A stretch of DNA of 32,000 nt from Coprobacillaceae bacterium. Lineage in GTDB: Bacteria > Bacillota_I > Bacilli_A > Erysipelotrichales > Coprobacillaceae. The position numbers and the translations under genes were made by a program. Positions within the stretch are counted from its first letter, which is position 1. The number at the start of each line of letters is the position of its first letter. Of this stretch, positions 10,012-19,909 are shown piece after piece. The DNA is taken from the NCBI GenBank assembly GCA_963675515.1, contig OY776328.1, positions 240,001 through 272,000 on the forward strand, given 5' to 3'. The notes under the pieces were generated by a model, which searched no databases, was not told the origin of the DNA, and saw only the letters and a program-made list of their open reading frames with translations.

Positions 10012-10262
10012 AATAAAAAAAAGTACCAATTAAAGGACGAAAATTCCGCGGTACCACCTTTATTATACGTATCCGTATCTCTTGAAGCGTTAACGCCGCC
10101 AACGTTTATTTCTACATATCGAAATAACTGCTCCTGAACCATTCGACTATATCTGCCTGTCAGTTTCCACCAGCCACTGACTCTCTAAAAGGCACTTGAT
10201 AGCTTCTTTCAATCACCGCATTTTCCAGTACATTTTAACGCCTGAAGCCGATTTTGTCAAAC
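10012..10262 (-). ncRNA. T-box leader (probable Met specifier) upstream of metG
   Basis: The minus strand contains AGAGAG (GA motif), CTGGTGGAAAC (stem I distal region), an AUG in a plausible specifier context (TCGAATGG), and the conserved T-box AAAGGTGGTACCGCGG (10061-10046). A hairpin and a T8 run (terminator, ~10060-10012) follow. Confidence 0.8.
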
Positions 10263-10361
10263 AATTGTTGTTTCCAAAATATTTTCATAATTTAAAATAA
10301 TTGTCCCATTTACTTCTCAGCAGTATTATAATAAGGTAAAGTCAGTTGAAATGGAGTATGT

Positions 10362-11348
10362 ATGGATAAGAAGTTAACGATAAAAGACATCGCAAAGCTC
10401 GCTGGAGTCGGCAAATCAACCGTGTCACGGTATTTCAATGGCGGTTCGATAAAGGATGAGACCCGGGAAAAAATAAAGAAAGTGATTGAAGCCAATAATT
10501 TTGAGCCCAACCAATTCGCTGCCAGTTTGAAGGCGAAACAGTCAAAACTGATTGGGGTTATCGCACCGTGCTTTGATTCGACAATAACATCCAGAATCCT
10601 GATGAGCATCGATGACATGCTTCTAAAGGAAGGCTATCGCTCCATCGTAATCAATACCAACCACTCGCAGACAAGGGAACTAGACTCAATCATGGCATTG
10701 TGGCGGATGAACGTCGATGGCATCATCCTGATTGCCACCAATATAACCATGGCCCACCGAACGGCGGCCGCCAAGATTGATGTCCCGTTGATATTTTTGG
10801 GTCAGAGTGTCCCTGAGGCCATATCAATAATAAATGACGACTACCGCGCCGGTTACGATGCCGGAAATCTCGTGGGAAGAATCAATCCTGAAAATGTGCT
10901 TGTGGTAACTGTCGACAAGTGGGATGAAGCGGTAGGGGATACAAGGCGTCGGGGAATAGTGGCCGGTTTGAAGGCTAACGGGATTGAAAACATCGATATC
11001 GTGGAATCGGATTTCTCGTTCAAGAAAACCCAGAAATTGGTTGGCGACCGGCTGGAAAGAAAGAAATACGACGCGATAATATGTGCCACCGACAATATGG
11101 CACTGGCAGCTTTCAAGGAGCTGAAGAATCGTGGATTGCGGGTGCCTGGGGATGTTTCGCTGATAGGATTTGGAGGTTATGACATAACCAGCCTGATTTC
11201 TCCGAGTCTGACTTCGTTCAGATTTGAAAGCGAACAGGCCGGAAGAGTGGCAGTCACAACAATGATTGATCTTATCAATGGCAAAGAAGTGAAGCCACAG
11301 CAAGTAATAGATTACCGCTGCATAATAGGCGAGAGTGTCAGACTGTAG
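10362..11348 (+). CDS. scrR: LacI-family transcriptional repressor (sucrose operon repressor-like)
   Basis: N-terminal HTH TIKDIAKLAGVGKSTVSRYFNG followed by a periplasmic-binding-protein-like sugar-binding fold. Sits directly upstream of scrA-scrB. Confidence 0.82.
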   Translation: MDKKLTIKDIAKLAGVGKSTVSRYFNGGSIKDETREKIKKVIEANNFEPNQFAASLKAKQSKLIGVIAPCFDSTITSRILMSIDDMLLKEGYRSIVINTNHSQTRELDSIMALWRMNVDGIILIATNITMAHRTAAAKIDVPLIFLGQSVPEAISIINDDYRAGYDAGNLVGRINPENVLVVTVDKWDEAVGDTRRRGIVAGLKANGIENIDIVESDFSFKKTQKLVGDRLERKKYDAIICATDNMALAAFKELKNRGLRVPGDVSLIGFGGYDITSLISPSLTSFRFESEQAGRVAVTTMIDLINGKEVKPQQVIDYRCIIGESVRL

Positions 11349-11398
11349 GACTGGCACTTTTATTTTCGAAAAAAATGGAACCGGTCCCAAATTTATTG

Positions 11399-11427
11399 TT
11401 GACAGTTGGTAGGCGTCGTGCTATATT
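11399..11427 (+). promoter_or_regulatory. Sigma-A type promoter of scrA-scrB
   Basis: TTGACA (11399-11404), 17-bp spacer, TATATT (11422-11427). Confidence 0.6.
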
Positions 11428-11438
11428 GTAGATGTGAC

Positions 11439-11454
11439 ATGGGAACGTTCCCAT
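11439..11454. promoter_or_regulatory. LacI-family/cre-like operator (perfect 16-bp palindrome)
   Basis: ATGGGAACGTTCCCAT lies immediately downstream of the -10 element. It matches the general LacI/CcpA operator shape TG.AA.CG.TT.CA. Confidence 0.7.
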
Positions 11455-11469
11455 AAGGAGGAGAGCTTT

Positions 11470-13377
11470 ATGAATTATAATGCAATAGCTAAAGAAATCA
11501 TTGCTGGGGTGGGCGGTAAGGAAAACATCAACCAGATATTTCATTGCGCAACTCGACTTAGAATCGTTGTAAAGGACAGCGGAAAAATCGACGACGGCAG
11601 AATTACCGATATTGATGAGGTTAAGGGGACCTTCAACAATAAAGGACAGTATCAGATCATTTTAGGTTCAGGAGTGGTCAACCTTGTCTGCGAAGAAGCG
11701 CTGAAAATCGCGGGTATAAGCAACAGTGAGACTGTGGCTGAAAAAAGTGACAAGCCTGAAGGAAACTTGCTGCAGCGTTTTGTGAACACTTTGAGTGATA
11801 TTTTTGTACCGATCATCCCGGCAATCGTTGCGGGCGGATTGTTGATGGGGATCAATAACCTTCTGACATCTCAGGGTCTTTTCTATCCGGGGATGAGTGT
11901 GATTGAGGCAAATCCAGGTCTTGGTGATATCGCCGGTTTTATCAATATGTGTGCCAATGCGCCTTTTGTATTCCTGCCGGTTTTGATTGGCTTCTCGGCA
12001 ACTAGAAAGTTTGGCGGCAATGCTTTCTTGGGGGCGGCATTGGGGATGCTGATGGTCCATCCGGACCTGCTCAATGCCTATAGTTACGGGGCAACCGGGG
12101 TTGAAGTTCCCACTTGGAATTTGTTTGGTCTGGGTGTCGAGGCTGTCGGTTATCAGGGGACAGTGCTGCCAGTACTGGCTTCTTCATGGATTCTGGCAAA
12201 TATTGAAAAGAGATTGCATAAGGTTACGCCAATATGGCTGGACAACCTGTCAACACCTTTGCTGTCAATTCTGGTTACAGGTCTTTTGACTTTTATCATT
12301 GTCGGACCAATCATGAGGGTTGCCGGTACGGGCTTGGCTGCAGGTATGACTTGGGTTTATGATTCTTTGGGATTTGTCGGCGGCGGGATCCTAGGTTTCT
12401 TCTATGCGCCACTGGTAATCACCGGAATGCATCACAGTTTCATCGCAATTGAAACAACATTGCTTGCCGATATCGCCAATACCGGCGGTTCATTCATCTT
12501 CCCGACTGCATCGGCTTCAAACGTGGCTCAAGGTGCGGCGGTTCTGGCGATCTTGTTATTGACCAGAGATGCAAAATTGAAATCAATTTGTTCGGCTTCA
12601 GGCGTTTCCGCATTGCTGGGGATCACTGAACCCGCTATGTTCGGGGTCACTTTGAAGCTCAAATATCCATTCATCGGATCTTGTATCGGTGCTGCTGCAG
12701 GATCGGCTTTTATGGCGGCGACTAAAACCAAAGCGATCGCCTTGGGTGCGGCCGGGTTGCCAGGATTCATCTCATTCCCGGTTGATTCCCAAATTCCTTT
12801 CTGGATCGGTATCGCCATCGCCTTTGTTGTATCATTTGGAACCACATTCGTGCTTCACAATTATAATGAGAAGAAGACGTCACAAGCCAAGATGGCTTCG
12901 GCTTCGACAGCTTCCAATCAGGTTCTTGTAAATACGACCATAGAATCGCCGATTGCCGGTAAAGTTTTGCCGATGGAGCAAAGCAGCGATCAGGTATTCT
13001 CAAATAAGACTCTTGGAGACGGATTTGTCGTGATGCCAGATGACGGGAATCTGACTTCACCAATCAATGGGAAAATCAGCTTCATCTATCCGACCAGGCA
13101 TGCAATAGGACTGATTGATGACAACGGTCTGGAGATCCTGATTCATATCGGTATCGATACGGTGGCCCTTGAGGGAAAACCGTTTGAATCATTTGTGAAA
13201 ACGGATGACGTTGTAACAGCGGGACAGCCGCTGATGAAAATCGATCTTGATGCCATCAAGTCGGCAGGGTTATCGGACGAAGTTATCGTTGTCGTTACAT
13301 CAAAGACACCGTTCATATCCAGAACGAATATCAAAGGAGAATTGAATGAAACAATCCTTGAACTCTCAAACGCTTAG
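11470..13377 (+). CDS. scrA: PTS sucrose-specific EIIBCA component
   Basis: EIIB CATRLR motif, a multi-TM EIIC core, and a C-terminal glucose-type EIIA (GDGFVVMP...HIGIDTVALEGKPF). The ATG at 11470 follows GGAGGAG. Confidence 0.9.
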   Translation: MNYNAIAKEIIAGVGGKENINQIFHCATRLRIVVKDSGKIDDGRITDIDEVKGTFNNKGQYQIILGSGVVNLVCEEALKIAGISNSETVAEKSDKPEGNLLQRFVNTLSDIFVPIIPAIVAGGLLMGINNLLTSQGLFYPGMSVIEANPGLGDIAGFINMCANAPFVFLPVLIGFSATRKFGGNAFLGAALGMLMVHPDLLNAYSYGATGVEVPTWNLFGLGVEAVGYQGTVLPVLASSWILANIEKRLHKVTPIWLDNLSTPLLSILVTGLLTFIIVGPIMRVAGTGLAAGMTWVYDSLGFVGGGILGFFYAPLVITGMHHSFIAIETTLLADIANTGGSFIFPTASASNVAQGAAVLAILLLTRDAKLKSICSASGVSALLGITEPAMFGVTLKLKYPFIGSCIGAAAGSAFMAATKTKAIALGAAGLPGFISFPVDSQIPFWIGIAIAFVVSFGTTFVLHNYNEKKTSQAKMASASTASNQVLVNTTIESPIAGKVLPMEQSSDQVFSNKTLGDGFVVMPDDGNLTSPINGKISFIYPTRHAIGLIDDNGLEILIHIGIDTVALEGKPFESFVKTDDVVTAGQPLMKIDLDAIKSAGLSDEVIVVVTSKTPFISRTNIKGELNETILELSNA

Positions 13378-14689
13378 ACTACCAGAAGACCAAACGGCAT
13401 TGAAGTACCATTTGATGCCGCCGATGGGCTGGCTCAATGATCCTAACGGACTGTGCCGCTTCAATGGAGTCTTGCATATATTCTTCCAGCATAGCTTCGA
13501 TCCCAAGGGTGGATTGAAGCAGTGGGGACATTACACAACTTCTGATTATATCAACTACAGGCTTCATCCTATAGCCCTGACTCCAGACTGCGTATACGAC
13601 AGGGATGGAGTGTATTCGGGCAGCGCAATCGTTGCTGGCAATAAAATGCATCTTTTTTACACCGGCAATGTCAAGTATGACGGAGACCATGACAGAATCC
13701 TTAGTGGCCGGGACAGCAACGTTGTTCATGTGACAAGTGATGACGGATTCGGATTTTCGGCCAAAGAGCTGGTCCTGACCAATGATGATTATCCGCAAAC
13801 TCTGACCCGCCATGTGCGTGACCCTAAAATATTCGTCAAAAATAATGTTTACTACATGGTTCTTGGGGCGCGGACAAAGGAGGATATCGGGGAGGTCATT
13901 TTCTTCGAATCGTCCGACCTTCGTGATTGGAAATATTCCTATAGTCTGACTTCGAAGGAACGGATAGGCTACATGTGGGAGTGCCCAGACTACATCAATC
14001 TTGATGGTCAGGAGTTTTTGTTATGCTGTCCTCAAGGTGTGGAAACGCAAAATGACAGATTCCAACCCCTTTACAATAATGGCTATTTCAAGGTTGTTGA
14101 TCGGCAATTGTCGGACTTTGTCGAGCTGGATATCGGATTTGATTACTATGCCACCCAGACATTTCAAGACAACGGCAAAGTTATTGCAATCGGGTGGATG
14201 GGAATGCCTGATGTCGACTATTCCAATGTCAATGATGACAAGTGGCAGCACTGTCTTGCTATTCCGCGGGAATTGGTCCTGGAAAACGGCGTGGTGTTCC
14301 AAAAGCCGATCGAGCAGCTGCAAAATCTCCGAGGCAAATATTTCAAAGGGAAAAATATTGGTCTCGACAACAACAGTTTCGAGCTGATTTTGAATGAGAT
14401 CGAAGGGGATCTGCATCTGAAACTTCGTGATGATGTGATTATAAGTTACGAAAATAAACTGTTGAAGTTGGACATGGGTAATTCGGGTATGGGCCGGACG
14501 TCCCGGATCTTGGAGCTGCCGGAACTTACCGGATTGCATATTTTCTCTGATGTCTCTTCATTGGAGGTATTTGTCAACGATGGATTTAAAACAATCACCA
14601 CTAGGGTATATAATGATAATTGCCAGATAGAAAGCAACTGTGAATTCGAAGGGTACACTCTTAACGGATTCAATATTGAGGCAGACTAA
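13346..14689 (+). CDS. scrB: Sucrose-6-phosphate hydrolase (GH32)
   Basis: GH32 motifs: WLNDPNG, a VRDPK-type RDP motif, and MWECPD. 447 aa. Overlaps the scrA 3' end. Confidence 0.9.
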   Translation: MKQSLNSQTLRLPEDQTALKYHLMPPMGWLNDPNGLCRFNGVLHIFFQHSFDPKGGLKQWGHYTTSDYINYRLHPIALTPDCVYDRDGVYSGSAIVAGNKMHLFYTGNVKYDGDHDRILSGRDSNVVHVTSDDGFGFSAKELVLTNDDYPQTLTRHVRDPKIFVKNNVYYMVLGARTKEDIGEVIFFESSDLRDWKYSYSLTSKERIGYMWECPDYINLDGQEFLLCCPQGVETQNDRFQPLYNNGYFKVVDRQLSDFVELDIGFDYYATQTFQDNGKVIAIGWMGMPDVDYSNVNDDKWQHCLAIPRELVLENGVVFQKPIEQLQNLRGKYFKGKNIGLDNNSFELILNEIEGDLHLKLRDDVIISYENKLLKLDMGNSGMGRTSRILELPELTGLHIFSDVSSLEVFVNDGFKTITTRVYNDNCQIESNCEFEGYTLNGFNIEAD

Positions 14690-14731
14690 AAACCTGCAGC
14701 TTGGGAACAATTCTCAAAGCTGCAGGTTTTT
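14688..14731. terminator. Intrinsic terminator of scrB (probably bidirectional in the ancestral locus)
   Basis: A5, then the 9-bp stem CCTGCAGCT / AGCTGCAGG, then T6. Confidence 0.8.
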
Positions 14732-16243
14732 TGTATGCCGGGCATGGCATATATCTAGGTGGTGAAAGTCCACTGTGGGGGTGACGTCGCAACTGCCAAC
14801 CACTAGCCAATATCAAGGGTGTCCATCGTGAGGTGGAATCTGAAAGAAGATGGAGGCAAAACCCTGGTCCGAGGAACACGAATCACATCAGGCATGTAAT
14901 GGGGACGAGCGTGCAAAACAACGCAAAGTCATAAGAGGTTGCGGAATGATACTATTACATGTAAATGTGGCGGATATATGGGGTGAAATAGATATGACCT
15001 TATCCCGGGAGATCTTGCGAGGGAGCAATCCTAGTAACAACGAATCGCAAGAAGTCAGCAGACGTCGTAGTAGCGAAGAAGTGGCTGTAATGGTCATGGA
15101 GTGAAGGACTGAATAAATCTATCAGTTATTAAAATTAGGCTTGATTTCATCACGCGAAAACGCAAAGACAGTCGAACACACTAGTAAAGCCCGAAAGAAG
15201 AATGTAGGGAAAGTGAGCCTGATGAATAGCGAAAACAATGGAGGTAACGGAAATATGAAAACTGATAACGAATTACTGGAACAAATGCTTAGCCATACCA
15301 ATCTCAAACAAGCGTATGTACAAGTTAAACGAAACAAAGGTGCATGCGGAATTGATGGTATGGATGTCTACCAACTTAAGGGATATCTAGATGAACATCT
15401 GGATGAAATTAAGGCAAGCATAATGAACCGCACGTATAAACCACAACCGGTTAGGAGAGTGGAAATACCAAAAGCTGATGGTGGAACAAGAAATCTAGGA
15501 GTGCCTACAGTCATCGATAGATTCATTCAGCAAGCTATCGCCCAGGTATTAACACCAATCTATGAACCAATCTTCAGTGACAACAACTATGGTTTTAGAC
15601 CCAATAGATGTTGTGAAATGGCAGTTATCAAGGCATTGGAATACATGAACGAAGGATTCCAATGGGTCGTGGATATTGACTTGGAGAAGTTTTTCGACAA
15701 TATCAACCACGATAAACTTATTACATTGGTGATGAAGGATGTAAAGAGCGGTGAGATTGTATCGCTTATTAGAAAATTCCTGGTAAGTGGAATTATGATT
15801 GACGATGAATATAAGGAATCTATAGTCGGTACTATGCAAGGTGGTCCGTTAAGTCCACTACTATCCAATATATTTCTTAATGAATTGGACAAGGAAATGG
15901 AAGCTAGGGGGTTACACTATACACGTTATGCCGATGACTGTATGATTTTCGTTGGGAGTAGCAAAGCAGCTGACAGAGTCATGGCATCAATAAGCAAATT
16001 CATCGAAACCAAGCTAGGCCTGAAAGTCAATATGACCAAAAGCAAAGTTGCAAAACCCAACGACATAAAGTATTTGGGATTTGGATTCTACTATGATACT
16101 TTCAACCAGCTTTGGAAAGCAAAACCGCATGCCAAATCAATAAAGACACTTAAAGAAAAATTGAAGGAATTGACTAATCGAAGTTGGTCAATTCCCTGGG
16201 ATTATAGATGCTTAAAGATACGGCAACTAATAGTCGGGTGGAT

Positions 16244-16251
16244 AAACTACT
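16244..16251. repeat. 8-bp target-site duplication of the IS256-family element (left copy)
   Basis: AAACTACT at 16244-16251 is repeated at 17619-17626. Confidence 0.8.
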
Positions 16252-17618
16252 GATAGTGTAAAATATTTTGTGTAAATAGGATTTCAACTTTTAAGTAGAA
16301 AAAAGGGTGCAACCCTTGTAAAATTAGTTCGACGAAAACAATTTACGAGAGGATTACACCCATGAACTATTTTACAACAACTTTACTTAGAAGTCTAATA
16401 TCAAATGATAATAATCTGCCAGCTTTTGAGCAAGTAGTCTCAGAACTTTTCCGGAGCGAATTGGAGAATGCCATCAACGATATTTTGAAGTCCGAACTTA
16501 CCGTTTTTCTTGATTATGAGAAATATGACCGATCTGAGAATTCGAATTCAAGAAATGGCTATTACAACCGCGATTACAACACTAAATATGGTGTGTTGAA
16601 CCTGCGCATACCACGTGACCGTCAAGGGGACTTTGATTCACCGCTGGTCCCTAAATATCAGCGAAACGATCTAGCTACCACCAACACTGTCATCGATCTA
16701 TTTAATTCAGGGATGACCAACAGCGACATTGTAAAAACTGTTGAATCAATCTACGGCAAGAAATACTCCAGACAGACAGTTTCCAATATTACTAAGGAAA
16801 TAGTTGCCCATGTTGAAGCCTTTAAAAATCGCCCGTTAAACAAGCAATACGCAGTTGTTTATACCGACGCTACAGTTATTCCTTTGCGGCGCGATACCGT
16901 GTCTAAAGAGGCGGTTCATATCGCTATAGGAGTGACTCTAGAGGGAACAAAGGAAATACTAGGATATTCAATTGCGCCAACCGAATCCGCAACAACATGG
17001 CGGGAACTGTTTGAAGAGTTCAAAACACGCGGTTTGGAAGCGGTTGCGTTATTCTGTACTGACGGGCTAACCGGTGTTGAGAACGCCATTGAAGACACTT
17101 TTCCGATGGCCAAAATCCAACGTTGCCTGGTGCATGTTTCAAGAAACATTACAGCCAAAGCAAGAGTGAAAGACCGTAGTGAGATTGCACAGGATTTTAA
17201 GCGAGTTTACAATTGCGAAACTGAAAAAGCGGCGAGTGAAGAGCTTAAGGAGTTCATCACCAAATGGGGGCAAAAATACCCAAAAGTGGCAAAATCACTT
17301 GAAGAGAATTCAAATCTATTCACTTTCTATTTGTTCCCTGAATCGGTACGCAAGAGCATATATACAACAAACCTGATCGAAGGTTTCAATAAACAGCTCA
17401 AGCGGAAAATCAAGGCTAAAGAACAATTCCCAAATGAGGAAGCTGTGGAGAAATACATCGTTTCGCAATTTGAACAATATAACCAAAAATTCATGAACCA
17501 TACCCATAAGGGATTCAAAGGAATATCTTACGAACGTTGGTTCCTGCTAGAAGAAGAATAACCAAGATGATCAGTAAGAACTAATTTTACAAATTTACAC
17601 AAAAATATTGACACTACC
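16252..17618 (+). mobile_element. IS256-family insertion sequence (1367 bp)
   Basis: Imperfect 26-bp terminal IRs: GATAGTGTAAAATATTTTGTGTAAAT versus the reverse complement GGTAGTGTCAATATTTTTGTGTAAAT (21/26 match). Single transposase ORF. 8-bp TSD. Confidence 0.85.
16362..17561 (+). CDS. IS256-family (mutator-type) transposase
   Basis: 399 aa. Typical IS256 pattern: RNGYYNRDYNTKYGVLNLRIPRDRQG, and a DDE triad in the contexts YTDAT, CTDGL, NLIEGFN. Confidence 0.92.
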   Translation: MNYFTTTLLRSLISNDNNLPAFEQVVSELFRSELENAINDILKSELTVFLDYEKYDRSENSNSRNGYYNRDYNTKYGVLNLRIPRDRQGDFDSPLVPKYQRNDLATTNTVIDLFNSGMTNSDIVKTVESIYGKKYSRQTVSNITKEIVAHVEAFKNRPLNKQYAVVYTDATVIPLRRDTVSKEAVHIAIGVTLEGTKEILGYSIAPTESATTWRELFEEFKTRGLEAVALFCTDGLTGVENAIEDTFPMAKIQRCLVHVSRNITAKARVKDRSEIAQDFKRVYNCETEKAASEELKEFITKWGQKYPKVAKSLEENSNLFTFYLFPESVRKSIYTTNLIEGFNKQLKRKIKAKEQFPNEEAVEKYIVSQFEQYNQKFMNHTHKGFKGISYERWFLLEEE

Positions 17619-17626
17619 AAACTACT
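17619..17626. repeat. 8-bp target-site duplication of the IS256-family element (right copy)
   Basis: AAACTACT, identical to 16244-16251. Confidence 0.8.
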
Positions 17627-17862
17627 ATAAAATAGGTAACTTCAAAGGTACGTGCGAAAACCTCGACGGGTGGATTAGATTTAGAATAAGAATGTATCTC
17701 TGGAAGAAATGGAAAACCATTAAGAACAGGAGAAAACAACTTAGAAAACTTGGAGCAAAACGATGGCAATATGAATCATGGTCAAACTCTAGGAAATCAT
17801 ACGCCCGGTGTGCTAGCACATTTCTTAAGACAAGGGTCACAAACGAGTTACTCAAAAGAAAA

Positions 17863-17887
17863 GGCCTAGTATCACTACTAGACCAAT
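17863..17887. repeat. Long (22-25 bp) target duplication of the IS1634-like element (left copy)
   Basis: GGCCTAGTATCACTACTAGACCAAT is repeated exactly at 19910-19934. The last 3 nt are ambiguous between the IS end and the duplication. Confidence 0.85.
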
Positions 17888-18077
17888 GGAGTCAACTTTA
17901 GGAACTTTTTCCTAGTTAGCTCTTTTTATATCTATATGCATCTTAAATATAAATCTCTGACGCTTAATTCAAGTTTAGTTTAAATCTTCACATGAAAAAA
18001 AGCGCATAATCCCCCATAGAATTTTAGCGTTTTTTTAAAATTGCGATATTCATGTTATAATGATAGTGTATTCTTGA

Positions 18078-19616
18078 CTACGGGGCAACTGTTCTCATGA
18101 CGCCTTTGATGGTTTGAATTTTTGGATAGTTTCGCCCATCAAGCGAGAATCGGTAGTAGAATCCACTAGGAACTACTCTGCCCCAACGTTGACTGTGCCT
18201 GTTCTTGCGGACGGGCACTTTTATTGTTTGGGCTACGGCAACTATTTGCTTAATCCTTTTTCGCATCAGTGTTTTCTTATGACTGTAAAACGGATACAGC
18301 AGGTTGTTCTCCATCAGCAGATTATGTAGTTGTTTGATGTTGACCCGGTACTGGATATTATCTTCATCATTTTTATCGGAGGTTTCTTCACGATTAGGCC
18401 GGCGGCGGTGCTTGCCCGGGTGCCTGCTAAGATACCTGTCGATTTCTTTCCTGATCACTCCCAAGATATTGTAAAGCACGATTTTGCCATAGATGCAGCA
18501 TTGGGATACGGTGTCGGATTCGCTAACGTGTCGTTCCAGTTCCATATCGGTTTTTAGCGTTTTATATGCCACCTCAATATTCCAACGCTTTGAATAGAGC
18601 TCGATGATATCCTCGTGGCTGAACTCTTCTTTTGACAAACTGGTAAAGTATGTTATATCTGATTCAATGGACTCCCCGAATTTATTACTGTATGCATAAG
18701 TAAATTTTACGACTCTTATCTTCACTTTGGGGTTATCTTCTCTGATTTTACGGGCTTCATCAGAGAACCGGAATCTTTTCCGCCATAGCCTGTCAACATC
18801 TACCTCGATCCACTCATCATTTGAAGTCATTTCACTGACTTGCTTTTTAAAGAAGTTGGATTTGGCACGGATGCAATAATCAAATCCTAAGTGCTCAAGA
18901 TGACTGATAAGCTCGACTGAGCCATAGTAGCGATCAGCAAGATAAATCACTTTCTTGCCAGCCAACAGATCCCCACAACTATAAAGGTGTTGGAAGGCAA
19001 GTGGAATTTCTGAGTAAGGGGCAGGTCTCATCATGAAATCCAAAAAGATGCCGTTGGTGACGTCATATAGTCCAGCTGATTTGGACAGAACTTTCTTAAC
19101 ATCGAAAATATCTTTGACGTACTGGTTTTTCCAAAAGCCGAAGTTATAAATATTGTGGATGCTATAGGGAATTTCTAGAAAGGTCCCATCTTCAGCTAAA
19201 AGCGTATACCCTTTATATGTCTTAGGCAGCTTGCTTTGATAGAACTCCTTGGCAAACTCTTTGAATAAATATCTGAATACTGATGGATTGAGTTTTTTGA
19301 TATCGACGTTAAGAGCTTGCTTGGTGATCCTTTTTTCCAAGCGGTCAGTGGAGCAGAAATACTTGGTCAAGTCCGTGTTAGTGTCCTTAGAATTTCTAAA
19401 AACAAAGTAGAGAATTACATCCCTGAAAGTCATAGTCCGATTGCGAGTAAAATTAGAACTAAAGTTCCTAGATAAATTACGAGTGATGTCAGAAGACAAG
19501 ACATCCGCGAAAGAATTGAAGAAATCTGTCATCTTATTAGTCTTAACTACATTATTCATCATCGTATACCAACCTTGGTTTCTTTTTAGCGAAAGCCGCT
19601 TTGAGGAAAGGAACAC
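18078..19616 (-). CDS. IS4/IS1634-family DDE transposase, main ORF (catalytic part)
   Basis: 512 aa. IS4 signature Y-x2-R-x3-E-x6-K in LYSKRWNIEVAYKTLK, plus YLADRYYGS. Confidence 0.85.
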   Translation of the reverse strand: MFLSSKRLSLKRNQGWYTMMNNVVKTNKMTDFFNSFADVLSSDITRNLSRNFSSNFTRNRTMTFRDVILYFVFRNSKDTNTDLTKYFCSTDRLEKRITKQALNVDIKKLNPSVFRYLFKEFAKEFYQSKLPKTYKGYTLLAEDGTFLEIPYSIHNIYNFGFWKNQYVKDIFDVKKVLSKSAGLYDVTNGIFLDFMMRPAPYSEIPLAFQHLYSCGDLLAGKKVIYLADRYYGSVELISHLEHLGFDYCIRAKSNFFKKQVSEMTSNDEWIEVDVDRLWRKRFRFSDEARKIREDNPKVKIRVVKFTYAYSNKFGESIESDITYFTSLSKEEFSHEDIIELYSKRWNIEVAYKTLKTDMELERHVSESDTVSQCCIYGKIVLYNILGVIRKEIDRYLSRHPGKHRRRPNREETSDKNDEDNIQYRVNIKQLHNLLMENNLLYPFYSHKKTLMRKRIKQIVAVAQTIKVPVRKNRHSQRWGRVVPSGFYYRFSLDGRNYPKIQTIKGVMRTVAP

Positions 19617-19749
19617 TTTCTCCGTCTACAAGACCGAAATTAATAAGAACGCGGTGTTTAGATACACCATTTTCACGATAAGACTCAACAAGTGCACAAA
19701 AATAGGTATTATCTTTACCTTTATTGTTCTTAACAGCTCTGACAAACAT
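19552..19749 (-). CDS. N-terminal segment of the IS1634-like transposase, in a different frame (frameshifted or two-ORF arrangement)
   Basis: The 65-aa ORF MFVRAVKNNKGKDNTYFCALVESYRENGVSKHRVLINFG... resembles the conserved N-terminus of IS1634-family transposases. It overlaps the main ORF by 65 nt, around an A-rich tract (GCTAAAAAGAAACC). Confidence 0.55.
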   Translation of the reverse strand: MFVRAVKNNKGKDNTYFCALVESYRENGVSKHRVLINFGLVDGESVPFLKAAFAKKKPRLVYDDE

Positions 19750-19909
19750 AATATCGCCTCTTTTCTTAACTACATTATATCACTATAATGGCTAAATATC
19801 AGCAAATATTACTTATAATCTTAACTACAAATTCAAATCAAATATCGAACAGTTGTCAAAAACATCAAAAAAAGAGCCGACTTAAGGAATTTCTTAAGTT
19901 GACTCCATT

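Larger units (their letters stand above)
17885..19909 (-). mobile_element. IS4-superfamily, IS1634-like insertion sequence (~2.0 kb)
   Basis: Terminal IRs (AAT)GGAGTCAACTT at both ends (17885-17898; reverse complement of 19896-19909). Carries a DDE/YREK transposase. Flanked by an unusually long direct repeat. Confidence 0.75.

Noticed and set aside
2255-14879. Numerous 60-190-aa ORFs antisense to, or out of frame within, parAB, the ABC genes, deoC, metG, scrR, scrA and scrB. Examples: 10824-11390 minus, 14021-14539 minus, 4954-5490 plus, 5255-5689 minus.
   Set aside because: They are fully embedded in strongly supported genes. They lack SD sequences, and their translations show no recognisable motifs and are compositionally odd.
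14850-15104. 84-aa plus-strand ORF, and the 5' extension of the RT ORF from 15141.
   Set aside because: Both lie within the structured 5' part (domains I-IV) of the group II intron RNA. The RT most plausibly starts at the ATG at 15255, after GGAGG (MKTDNELLEQ...).
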